Assembly: GCA_965243025.1 (NCBI GenBank)
Contig: CBDETY010000003.1
Coordinates: forward strand, 800,001 to 864,000
Direction: 5' to 3'
Length of the DNA: 64,000 nucleotides
Origin: Candidatus Latescibacterota bacterium
GTDB lineage: Bacteria; Latescibacterota; UBA2968; UBA8231
The notes beneath the pieces are model-generated. The model did not search any database. It had not been told where the DNA came from and saw only the letters and a list, made by a program, of their open reading frames with translations. The translations under genes were made by a program, and so were the position numbers. This document shows, piece by piece, positions 48,440 to 58,065 of the stretch (its first letter is position 1; each line of letters begins with the position of its first letter).

Positions 48440-50773
48440 ATGAACCTCCCCGTTCTTCACTCTGTCTCGTTCGCGTTGCTCGCTCTCTTGCTCTCGCCGC
48501 CCGTCAGCCATGCTTCTCCCCCGCTAGCCGGTAGTGTGCCTTTCTGCCAGCCTCTGGATCTCGAGCAGCTGGACCGAGACCATGCCCGCGCACCTGCCGA
48601 TCTGCCGCTAGTGTTCAACGTTTCCGACATAGGGGAGGTCGAAGAGAGCATTGTTCAGGAGCCTGATCCACCCGAACAACCCAAAGAGGTCGGCGAACCA
48701 CGCACCGTGCGGCTCTTTTACTTCCTACCCAATGACCGGACGTATCGCGCCGAGGTGGTTGAGGCGATGAAAACGGGGATTGTCGAGGTTCAGTCCTTCT
48801 ATGCTGAGCAGATGGAGGCGCATGGATACGGGAACAAAACTTTTCCGATTGAAACCGATGACCAAGGCGACCCGATCGTTCATCGCGTAGATGGAGACTA
48901 TCCCGAAAGCAATTACATCAGAATAAATTATTTTACGCAGGGTGAGATTAACCGAGCGTACGATAACTCTGCAAACGTCATACTAATAGTCATGGACGCG
49001 AGTAACTCTTCTACTATTCAGGGACACGCCATATACAGGGGTAAAGAGAGAGGAGAGGTGACACTTTATGAAGAGTGGGATTGGTCTACTGCGGTCCATG
49101 AACTTGGACACGGCTTCGGCCTACAACACGATTTCAGGTCTAATGCGTACATCATGTCGTATGGATGGTCAGATCGGGAAACTGTCCAATTATCTGCGTG
49201 CGCTGCCGAGTTTTTAGCCGTGAATCCCTACTTCGATTCGGATATCCCACTTGAAAACGAATCACCGCCCACGGTTGAACTAATTTCATCAGAAACGTAT
49301 CCATTCGGATCAGTAAGCGTGCCGGTCCAACTGAGAGTCCGCGATGATGATGGACTTCATCAGGTAATTTTCCTCTCTCAACCCCGAGATCCCTTGCACC
49401 CCCCCACCCCCGCAGTAAGAGAGTGTCGTGGATTGGCCGGTGAAACAGATACCGTCGTTGAATTCAATTTTGCTTGGAGATTTGACGCCGCAGTTAGTCA
49501 GCGTTCCGTTTATGTCGTGGCAGTCGATGCGAATGGGAATAGTAAGGAAGTGCCTTTTATCCTTGAGTCAGAACCTCCACCAGAACTTCCTCCAGGCACA
49601 GTGATCACTCCGGTCTGCGATCGTACGCGGCAGGTACGAGATGCCATCGTCGATAACATTAGTGGCATCTCGGACTGCGCGCAGGTGGCCGAGACTCACC
49701 TCGTGGCGATTTCAGGACTTAACTTGCCCGGCAGGAACATCACAGCACTGAAAGCCGGTGATTTTGATGGACTGATCTCGCTGAGATCAATCTCCCTGTT
49801 CAACAACCAGTTGAGTTCCTTGCCTGTCGGCCTCTTAGACGGACTGACCGCACTGGAATACCTCTCCCTGTTCAATAATCAGTTGACGGGGCTACCCGAG
49901 GGCCTGTTTGACGGGCTGACTGGGCTAACTACGCTCTACTTGCAGGGTAACACCGTGGATCCGCTGCCGCTTACGGTGTCCTTAGAGAAAGTTGGCACAG
50001 ATCAGTTCAAGGCCGTGGCACCCATCGGTGCACCGTTTGAGATGGTGCTGCCACTCACCGTTACGAACGGCAGTATTAGCGGTGGTGCAACCACCATTGC
50101 GATACCCGTCGGCAACCTGGAAAGCCAACCACTCACCGTGACCCCCACCCCCAGTACGACGGCTGCGGTCACCGTGGACATTGGCACCTTGCCGGGGCTG
50201 CCCTCAAACCATCAAGGCTACGCCCTCGTCAAATCCGCCAACCTGCCGGTGGAGATTTTCAGCAGTGGCGGGCCCGGCACTACAGTGGCACGGACCGACT
50301 TCAACGGCGACGGCAAGACCGATTTCGTCGACTTCTTCCAGTTCGTCGACGCCTTCGGCAGCACGGATGCCCGGTTTGACCTCAACGGCGACGGCAGGGT
50401 CGACTTCGTCGACTTCTTCGCGTTCGTCGATGCCTTCGGCTCGTCGGGGCAGGCCAAGCTGGTGGCCTTGGCCCGGGAGATGCTCGGTCTGCCGGGCGGA
50501 CCGGAGCTACAGCAGAACGCCCCCAACCCGTTCAACACCGAGACGGTTATCTCCTGGTTCCTGCTGGAGCCGGGTCTGGCACGACTGGAGGTGTTCGCCC
50601 TTACCGGGCAACGGCTGGCGGTGCTGCATCAGGGGCCGCTGCAGGCCGGGTACCATCGGCTCCACTGGGACGGCCGCGACGATGCTGGCCGGCCCCTTGC
50701 CAGCGGCGTCTACCTGTACCGGCTGACAACTTTCGAGGGCGACCTGACGCGCAAGCTCACCCTGCTGCGTTAG
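48440..50773 (+). CDS. Secreted zincin metallopeptidase + LRR + EF-hand/dockerin-like + FlgD-Ig protein
   Basis: VHELGHGFGLQH...IMSY Met-turn; LRRs; TDFNGDGKTDFVDF; QNAPNPFN...TRKLTLLR. Confidence 0.88.
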   Translation: MNLPVLHSVSFALLALLLSPPVSHASPPLAGSVPFCQPLDLEQLDRDHARAPADLPLVFNVSDIGEVEESIVQEPDPPEQPKEVGEPRTVRLFYFLPNDRTYRAEVVEAMKTGIVEVQSFYAEQMEAHGYGNKTFPIETDDQGDPIVHRVDGDYPESNYIRINYFTQGEINRAYDNSANVILIVMDASNSSTIQGHAIYRGKERGEVTLYEEWDWSTAVHELGHGFGLQHDFRSNAYIMSYGWSDRETVQLSACAAEFLAVNPYFDSDIPLENESPPTVELISSETYPFGSVSVPVQLRVRDDDGLHQVIFLSQPRDPLHPPTPAVRECRGLAGETDTVVEFNFAWRFDAAVSQRSVYVVAVDANGNSKEVPFILESEPPPELPPGTVITPVCDRTRQVRDAIVDNISGISDCAQVAETHLVAISGLNLPGRNITALKAGDFDGLISLRSISLFNNQLSSLPVGLLDGLTALEYLSLFNNQLTGLPEGLFDGLTGLTTLYLQGNTVDPLPLTVSLEKVGTDQFKAVAPIGAPFEMVLPLTVTNGSISGGATTIAIPVGNLESQPLTVTPTPSTTAAVTVDIGTLPGLPSNHQGYALVKSANLPVEIFSSGGPGTTVARTDFNGDGKTDFVDFFQFVDAFGSTDARFDLNGDGRVDFVDFFAFVDAFGSSGQAKLVALAREMLGLPGGPELQQNAPNPFNTETVISWFLLEPGLARLEVFALTGQRLAVLHQGPLQAGYHRLHWDGRDDAGRPLASGVYLYRLTTFEGDLTRKLTLLR

Positions 50774-50797
50774 ATGAACAGGACCCAGGAGACCTCC

Positions 50798-52222
50798 ATG
50801 AGAGCTTCGGTAATTCAATCCGCAGTAATGGTGTTTTTTCCTGTTCTGCTCTTTCAGGCCCCCGGCCACGCCTCCCCCTTCCCTATTGACTGGGCCCACT
50901 CCTGCCGGCCCCTCGATGCCGAGCAGTGGGAGGGCGACCACACCGGCGTTCCAGCCGCAAAGTTGCTCACCACGAACGCCGGCCAGACGCGCGACGTGAA
51001 GTTGATCTACTTCATTCCCAACGACCGCTCGTTCGACTCCGACGTGGTCGACTCTATAAAAGTCAGGATTCCCCGTATACAGACTTTCTTCCGCGACCAG
51101 ATGCAAACCCACGGTCACGGCACCAAAACCTTCCAGTTGGAAACCGACGCCCAGGGAGACCCCGTTGTGCATCGCGTTGACGCGCCGAACTCCGATGCCA
51201 GCTATCTCCAGTCGTACCGAAGGGTCGGCGTCGGCAACGTTCTCAGGGACCTGAGACCGACGTTCGATTACAGCAGCAGCATTCTGTTCATCGTGGTCGA
51301 CCACAGCACCTACGACAACCTAGGTTGGGGCAACGTGGCAGGGTTCGGAGGGGGGGCAAAGAACAGCGGGTACGCGCTTCTCCCGGCCAGCTTCATTGAC
51401 GAAACCGCCGCCCATGAGCTGGGCCATGCCTTCGGCTTGCAGCACGATTTCAACGACGACGCCAACATCATGTCCTACGGCCCGGGATGGAATCGGTTAT
51501 CCGCGTGCAGCGCCGGGTTCCTGGCCGTGCATCCCTACTTCGATTCCGACGTCCCGATTGAAGAGCAGCAGACCTGGGATCTTCTGGCGCCGACCGTCGA
51601 CCTTGTATCCCCTCTCAGGTATGCAGCAGGCTCAACCAGCTTGTCCGTTCAATTCAGAATCACCGCCTCGGGAAATCCGGGGCTTCACCAGGTGCTTTTC
51701 TTCCTCAAATCAAGAGCGCCCCACCCTGCCGCGGGATCTCATGAAGTGAAGGGATGCCATGACCTGCATGGCGTGCAGGATACCGTAGTTGTATTCCAAC
51801 ATGACGGGGTGATCCCGTCGGAGGGCTCCGGAAGTCTTTCCGCCTCCCCTGCGCACTACATATCCGTGCAGGCAGTCGATACCGAAGGAAACGCGAACAC
51901 GGGACCCTATAAAGCCACTCATTACGTTCTTGCTGAAGATTCGCCTCACCACCTCGCCACGCTTGTCAGATATACAAGCAAATACTCACCGGAGATCTAC
52001 GGAGCGAAGTTTTCACCCGACGGGACGATCTTCGCCGTCAATTCGTCGGCGGGGATCCAGATATGGGACATGGCGACGCCAGCTTTTGTCGCTACCCTCA
52101 GCGGGGGCAGCTCTGCAATGGCGTTCTCGCTCGACGGGACTACCCTCGCTTCCGGGTCCACCAGAACCGATGAGGCCAACATCGGGATATATGTATTTAA
52201 TTACACAAGACAATTTAAGTAA
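50798..52222 (+). pseudogene. Third zincin metallopeptidase paralog, truncated within its WD40 region
   Basis: AGGAG RBS; AAHELGHAFGLQH; ends AFSLDGTTLASGS and then runs into AT-rich foreign DNA at ~52162; lacks the family's C-terminal cassette. Confidence 0.75.
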
Positions 52223-52248
52223 TCTCATCCGCGAAATTAAAAGAATTC

Positions 52249-52257
52249 TGGTATAAT
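52249..52257 (+). promoter_or_regulatory. Putative extended -10 promoter (TGgTATAAT) in an AT-rich leader
   Basis: Exact TGnTATAAT match inside an AT-rich segment (52185-52285) of an otherwise GC-rich genome. Confidence 0.45.
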
Positions 52258-52369
52258 ATAATAGAGAAAATACAGAAAAACGGACATCCTTAGTCCCACT
52301 GTATAGCCGGGAGATGGGGGGATGTCGACTGGCTGGCAATTCCACATGATTGCCTGCTGATCCGGAAAC

Positions 52370-53503
52370 CTGCCAGAATGGCACCCTGGATCGAAAAGGC
52401 CACCGCTCTGATCGAGGTGGAAACCGGGGCTCCTGCTCTGATCTCGATGAGGTGAGCAGGAATTCATTCCGTTTTGTCGGCAAGTTGGCAAGCAGGATAG
52501 CCCACTGGTGAAGGCGTCTTTTCTGCGCAAGACGGCAGGCACCGAACAGCGGGATGTCGCCTTGTTGACCATTCGAGAAGATTCGCCGCTTCCATCCAGA
52601 TGGGGATGATCCAGTTCAGCCGGCGATGGGACCGGAGGCAACGAGCAGCAGCATATTATCCTCAAAGTCAGGCAGTCTGCATCCGGCGATGTATCCAGAC
52701 TCGCAGGTACCTCCCCCCTGAAGTCGGCACCGTGAATCGAAAGGCCACCGCTCTGATCGAGGAGGAAATCGGGGCTCCTGCTCTGATCTCGATGAGGTGA
52801 GCAGGAAATCATTCCGTTTTGTCGACAAGTTGGCAAGCAGGATGACTGAGGATTCCTCGGGTGCAGGCTGAGCTGTCAGGCGCAACAGGGGAGGCAGCCG
52901 GCAGGGATGTCGCCTTCCTGACCATTCGAGAAGATTTCGCCGCTTCCATCCACAGACTCCGTTCGGCCGACAATGCGAAGAAAGACAGGGGACCAGCGGA
53001 ATGGATGGGGATCTCAAGGCCCTTTGATTGTCCCAAATTGGGACATTTAACTCCGTGGGCGGTGGATCCGAATCTGAATGTCGGCGACTCGCCGTAGGTA
53101 TTATCCCAGACTCCTCGGTACCTCTCCCCGGAAGTCGGCACTCTGGATCGAAAAGGCCACCGGGCTCTGATCGAGGAGGGGGATGCGCGGACTCCCTGAA
53201 TCTGCAAAGCCGTCGTCGTCGAGGTGAGCAGGAGATCATTCCGTTTGGTCGACAAGATGGAAGCAGGATGACTAAGGATTCCTCGGGTGCAGGCTGAGCT
53301 TTTCGCGCAAGAGGGGAGGCAGCCGACAGGTATGTCGTCTTGCTGACCATTCGAGAAGGATTTTCCCTCCATCCACAGACCACAGTTGAGAATCGATTCC
53401 GTTCCGCCGGCGATGCGGGTATTCTCCGCAGGAGACTTGACGGCAGGCAACGACCAGCGGGAATGTCGCCTTGCTGACTACTCGAAAAGACTCGCCCTTT
53501 CCT
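52370..53503. repeat. Array of about 3.5 degenerate non-coding repeats (periods 346 and 411 bp) downstream of the IS1595 transposase
   Basis: atcgaaa(a)ggccaccg at 52390, 52736 and 53147; variants of ggatgtcgccttgctgaccattcgagaag at 52551, 52904, 53329 and 53459. Confidence 0.85.
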
Positions 53504-54482
53504 TCGACCGATGGTGCGTGAAGGGGACCGGAGGGATCTCCGTCGCCAGCAGATCCCGGTAGGTCAGCCGTTTCCCCAGCATCCCTCGAACGAGGTATTC
53601 CATCTGATCCAGGAGAGCCATTTCCCGGATATTGTACCTGCCGACGACCTCCCTCAGGTAGCGCGGAAAATACTTGGGGGACACATGGCGATAGGTCCCG
53701 AAGATAACCGCCTTCAGCTTGGCCCAGAACGACTCGATGGTGTTGGTATGGGCCTCGTCCCGGACGTATTCGCCTTGTTGGTGGTTGACGACCAGGTGCC
53801 TTCCGGGCCAGGTCAAGGCCCCATAGACCGGGGCCTCGTCGGTGCACAGGGTTTCATTTTCTTCCAGGTGCTTCTCTACGAGGGGGGCCACGGTCTCCTG
53901 ATCGGCTTTGAGGATCATCCTGGCGTCCCCTCTGCGGCTTTCCCGGTCTACCACTGCGAGGGCCTGAACCCTGCCCTTCCTCCAGTTGCGACCGAATTTC
54001 TTGTCGGCGTGCCTCTTCTTGTCGTTCCCTCCGACCCAGGCTTCGTCGACCTCGAGGAACCTGCTGCGCAGCGGTTCGGGATCCGGCCAGGCTTCCCGGA
54101 GGCGGTGCAGCATGAACAGAGCCGACCGGTAATTGAGTCGGAGTTTGCGGCTCAGCTGCACGGCGTTGATCCCCATGGGGTCGGACAGATACAGCCAGAC
54201 GCCGAAAGCCCATTTCCGATAGGAGATCCTGGAGCGGTACAGTACCGTTCCGATGCGCACGCTGAACCGCTTTTGACAGTCGCTGCACCGGTAGGGCATC
54301 GGCTTGCGGTTGCGACACTCCCGGATGCGGTCGCCGCCGCCGCAGTGCGGACAGCGTATGAATTCGGGCAGGCCGTCTACCCTCTTTCCCCATCTGATCT
54401 TCTCGATCCATCTCTCTGCTGCTGCATTGTCTGGAAACAGTATGTACAAATCAATCAACGAGACATCTTTACCTTTGTTCAT
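53478..54482 (-). mobile_element. IS1595-family transposase
   Basis: Zn ribbon CPHCG...YRCSDC, EVDEAWVGG, LCTDEAPVY, VNH...HTNTIESFWAKLK, YRHVSPKY..RY..E...RYN and RLTYRDL; terminal inverted repeats not resolved. Confidence 0.93.
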
Positions 54483-56196
54483 TACGATTACCTGCGGGCC
54501 GTGGAATACCGTACTGGAGGCCAGCGGCCCTCACAATAGATGTTGATTCACGCTCCCATGGCAGTCCTTTCGGGTTTCAGTGGGATGTGACTCCGTCGGG
54601 GTTCCGCCGACAGATAGGGACTGGGGAAGCGGCAGCGGATGCTGCCGGCGTCTCCCGTTCGCCTATCAATATACCCGAAAATTTAAAAAAGTAAAGCGGG
54701 CTTCGGAGTGCATTCGAAAACACCCGCAAGGAGGTCGGGAAACTTTGGTTTTCTGGGAGGGAGAGAGGGCGGGAAGGGCGGGGGGAGCGAAGAGCGGGGG
54801 GGGGTGCAGGAAGCCCGATTCAAGGGGGGTGGAGCCGGGGTGTAGCGGTCCCCGGCAATCGGGGAAACGGAGGCGCACTTACGAGGTTGAGACGGGGAAG
54901 ACGCGGATCTCTCGAATCAGGAGGACGCGGAGGGGAGGCTTCGAAAAACCCCAGTCGCGGGGTATCCGGGAGATTTCAGGAACGGGGGGCGAGGTGGCGA
55001 TGAGCGGAAATGCGACATAGTGGCCTCTGTTCTTCGACCGGAAGGCCTCGCAGATGATCAGGAGATCCTTGATCCCCAGGGGGTTCCCATGCAGGCAGAA
55101 TCGAAAAACGAGCGATCAGCCGATTACCCTGATTTTGGCCGCGTCCCATCGGGTTCGGCGTGCGCGGATATTGTGCTGGCTATCCATTCTTTCGCTTGCG
55201 TCGGCGTCGCCACCACCAAGAAAAAAACAGAGTAGCATCCAAAACACCGAAAGCTATCAGGATGAGAAGCCAATTATCCATCTTTTTCCTGCTGCCCCTA
55301 CGGATCGTGTTTCATGCGGCGCATTCGATTCTTGGAATTCAAAGTAGGGGCATCTGGTAGTCGTGCTTACCCGTGTAGGGGGTCCAGCATGGCCGGCAGG
55401 TGCGGATGGTGTCCGGCGAAGTAATCCTCAAAACTAATCGGATGCAGACTGTCATATCGGGATTGGGAATCTCGCGGCCTTCGTCATTCATTCCTTCCCA
55501 AGCCACCTGACTACCGATTCCCATACGTCAAGGATTATATCGCCAAATGAGATAAGCAGTAAGGCTGCTCCTACTAATCCAGCAATGACAAACTTCAGCC
55601 ATAACAGCTTGTATTCAGAATCTTTCACAGCTCGAAAATCGCCTTCGAAAATCGGGGCACCAATTCCCAGATGACAATGACCACATCAAGCATTATTAAC
55701 AGTACTCCAGTCAGTACCAGCAAGAGCATGATGGCCATCTTCAGTCAAAACCTTGTACTGAAAATCCTTCATTGAACCGCGCCACCTTATCGCTACGCTT
55801 TCGCCCGGGTTCCATCAGATACCGCAATTCCTTTTTCGGCGAATTCCGCATGACCCCCTTGGCGATGTTCTCCGGGTTATCGTCTATGGCAATCCCGCAA
55901 GCTGGGCGCATTCCAGGAGCGATCCCTGCAAGGCTTCGACTTGATGCCTCTGTTTCTCGATGGAAGAGCTTCGTCGACGAGGATATCAGCATCGCCAGAG
56001 AGGAACGACTTCAATCAGAGGCCGCAGCAAGTATAACGGCATGACCCTGCTGCAGGCTCACAACAAGCCTACCCCGAGCAGGGGGCGAGGGTCCTCCAGC
56101 TTGCCCGAGGTACCGGAGTGCGGATGCAAGGCATACACCCGGCGCAGGGCGGCATGAACGGGGAAGGGGAATCACTCTGCCAAATACTCCCACGGC

Positions 56197-57835
56197 TCAG
56201 TCGTCGTCTATGGTGTGGCTGATGCGTCCCTGCTCATCGCCTACATAGATCGTCCCAAGAGCTCCCAAATAGGAGTTATGGCTGGCGACTGGCTTCGCGC
56301 TTGCGGTTGGGGCCTGCCGGGTGCTTACCGAGGCGGGGAGCCTATACGGGTCCGCCCGACTTTCATCGACGACGTAGCCCAGATCGGCGATGGACTGGAT
56401 CGTGATGGCGCTAATTGCCATCTCGAAATCTATCCACGGCGTCATAATCTCCGATCCGATCCTGCGGCTCCCGTTGAACACCTCCGACCTCCAATGACCG
56501 CCGACCCCACAAGTAGATTGCCCAAGCGTTAAAGGAACCTTATTCCCGCTGTAGTCCATGCCTCCCGCCGTGTCGAACGCCTGAATCGCCAGCTCACCAC
56601 TGAAGTATGTGTCTCCTGACAATTCATGAAGCAGGCCTAATTCCAACCAAAGCGGAGAGAATCCCAGCACGTGGGCTATTTCGTGAAACATCACGTCCCT
56701 TACGAAGCGCTCCGCCATAGAGAGTGACATCCTCTGCAGATCGCCAAGGAAACCCTTGTCGATCCCGACAAAACCTGTGGCTGGCAGGCCGGTCGGGTTT
56801 CCTGAGCGCACATAAGACAGCCCTGCCAATGCCGCTACCGTTTTCCCGGACTCGATCTCTTCGACGAAGATCCGCAGATCGTCGACAGTATCGTTGACAA
56901 TCGTCTCACCCTGGTAAGTGCGGGAATAATGCGGATTAGCCGAGAAGTTCACATCCGGTAGGCCCTCGGTAACGAGGGTCTCCCAATGTCTGGCTGCTTA
57001 TTGCATCCCATCCTTGTGCGCGTCGGTAAAGTCGCTGAGGAAGACGAGTTCGATATTGAAGGGATCCTCCCTGGAAGGGACAACCCGAACGTAGGCGCCG
57101 GTGGAGCAGTTGTTATCGGTATTGGTCTCGCCGGGGACGCCATCGACGCAGGCGCCGTAGTAGTACGAGCCAAGCCTTGAGGGCGCCCTCACACTGATTG
57201 CCTTCCGGCTGATGCCCGAGGCGGCAAGGCGGCTTCCGGGGCCGCTGAAAAAACCGTCAAAGCCCGTAATGCTGGCCACGGTTCCGGTGCCGACAAGCAT
57301 GTCGGCGGAGTCTATAGTCGCGTCGTCCGAGCGGTAGTAACGCACCGTCGTCGCCGCTGCTTCGTGGGGTCCCTGGTTTCTCACCGTCGTCGTCAACGTG
57401 AACGACTGCCCAGCCAGCGGGGCACTGGTGCTGCCCCAAGTCAACCCGAACGCCAAATCCGGAACGCCGACGTTCATGGGTACCGCCTCCGAGCAATTGT
57501 TGTCCGTATTGGTCTCGCCGGGGACGGGATCGGCGCAGGCTCCGAAATAGTACGTGCCCGGACTCGTCGGATCCGCAAGGAATGGGACGAGCTCATATTC
57601 ATAGTCACTGTTTTTGGAATCCCCCCCAATCGGGAGGTTGTACACGTTATCGATGCCGCCTGGCGTGTCGGTGGCGTCGATGGTCGGGTCGTCCGAGAGG
57701 TAATAACGCAACGTCGTCTGGGTAGATGGGCCAGAACCTATATTTTTAACCGCCTGCCAAATTCCAACCTCTCCGGTCTTCGGCCTGTAATCGAGGATCT
57801 CAGGCCGTTTAACAATCAGGTCGGGGCGCCTGTCG
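56197..57835 (-). pseudogene. CARDB x2 + leishmanolysin-like (M8) zinc peptidase, 5'-truncated and with an in-frame stop
   Basis: PDL...GTYYFGAC...NNCS CARDB repeats; FNIELVF; TAA at 56998-57000 is in frame with the downstream FHEIAHVLGF, GGHW and EIMTP. Confidence 0.8.
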
Positions 57836-57939
57836 CCCGGCAAGTCGTCAATCGTGTGGATGTGCAGGTCGGCCTTGAACCACCGAGCGCCCGGTATCTC
57901 CCGGTGCCAGTTCTCAGCATCTCTTCGCGCAAACGTCAT
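57836..57939 (-). pseudogene. N-terminal stub of a PHP-domain protein (TrlF/Ppl-like PHP-ATPase)
   Basis: GGAG RBS; MTFARRDAENWHREIPGARWFKADLHIHTIDD matches the PHP first motif W.K.DLH.HT; follows the defence operon. Confidence 0.6.
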
Positions 57940-58065
57940 TACGCAATCTCCAGACAAGCAGTGCAACTCACCCTGATGGTATACGCCGCAGTCAACATAG
58001 AATCATCAAACCCGACCCAGACATCTTTATCGGTTCGGAAAAAGGCGTCGATCAGGAAGTACATC

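Noticed and set aside
31593-52222. Diversity-generating retroelement among the paralogous repeats
   Set aside because: No reverse transcriptase, and the differences between copies are not visibly adenine-specific.
52370-53503. CRISPR array
   Set aside because: Units are hundreds of bp long and degenerate, the intervening segments are partly homologous to each other, and no cas genes are present.
54483-55560. Left terminal inverted repeat of the IS1595 element
   Set aside because: No convincing reverse-complement match to the 52184 AT-rich end and no target duplication found by eye.
55270-56050. Short lower-GC ORFs and hydrophobic peptides
   Set aside because: Fragmentary, with no motifs or clear RBS; probably decayed sequence.
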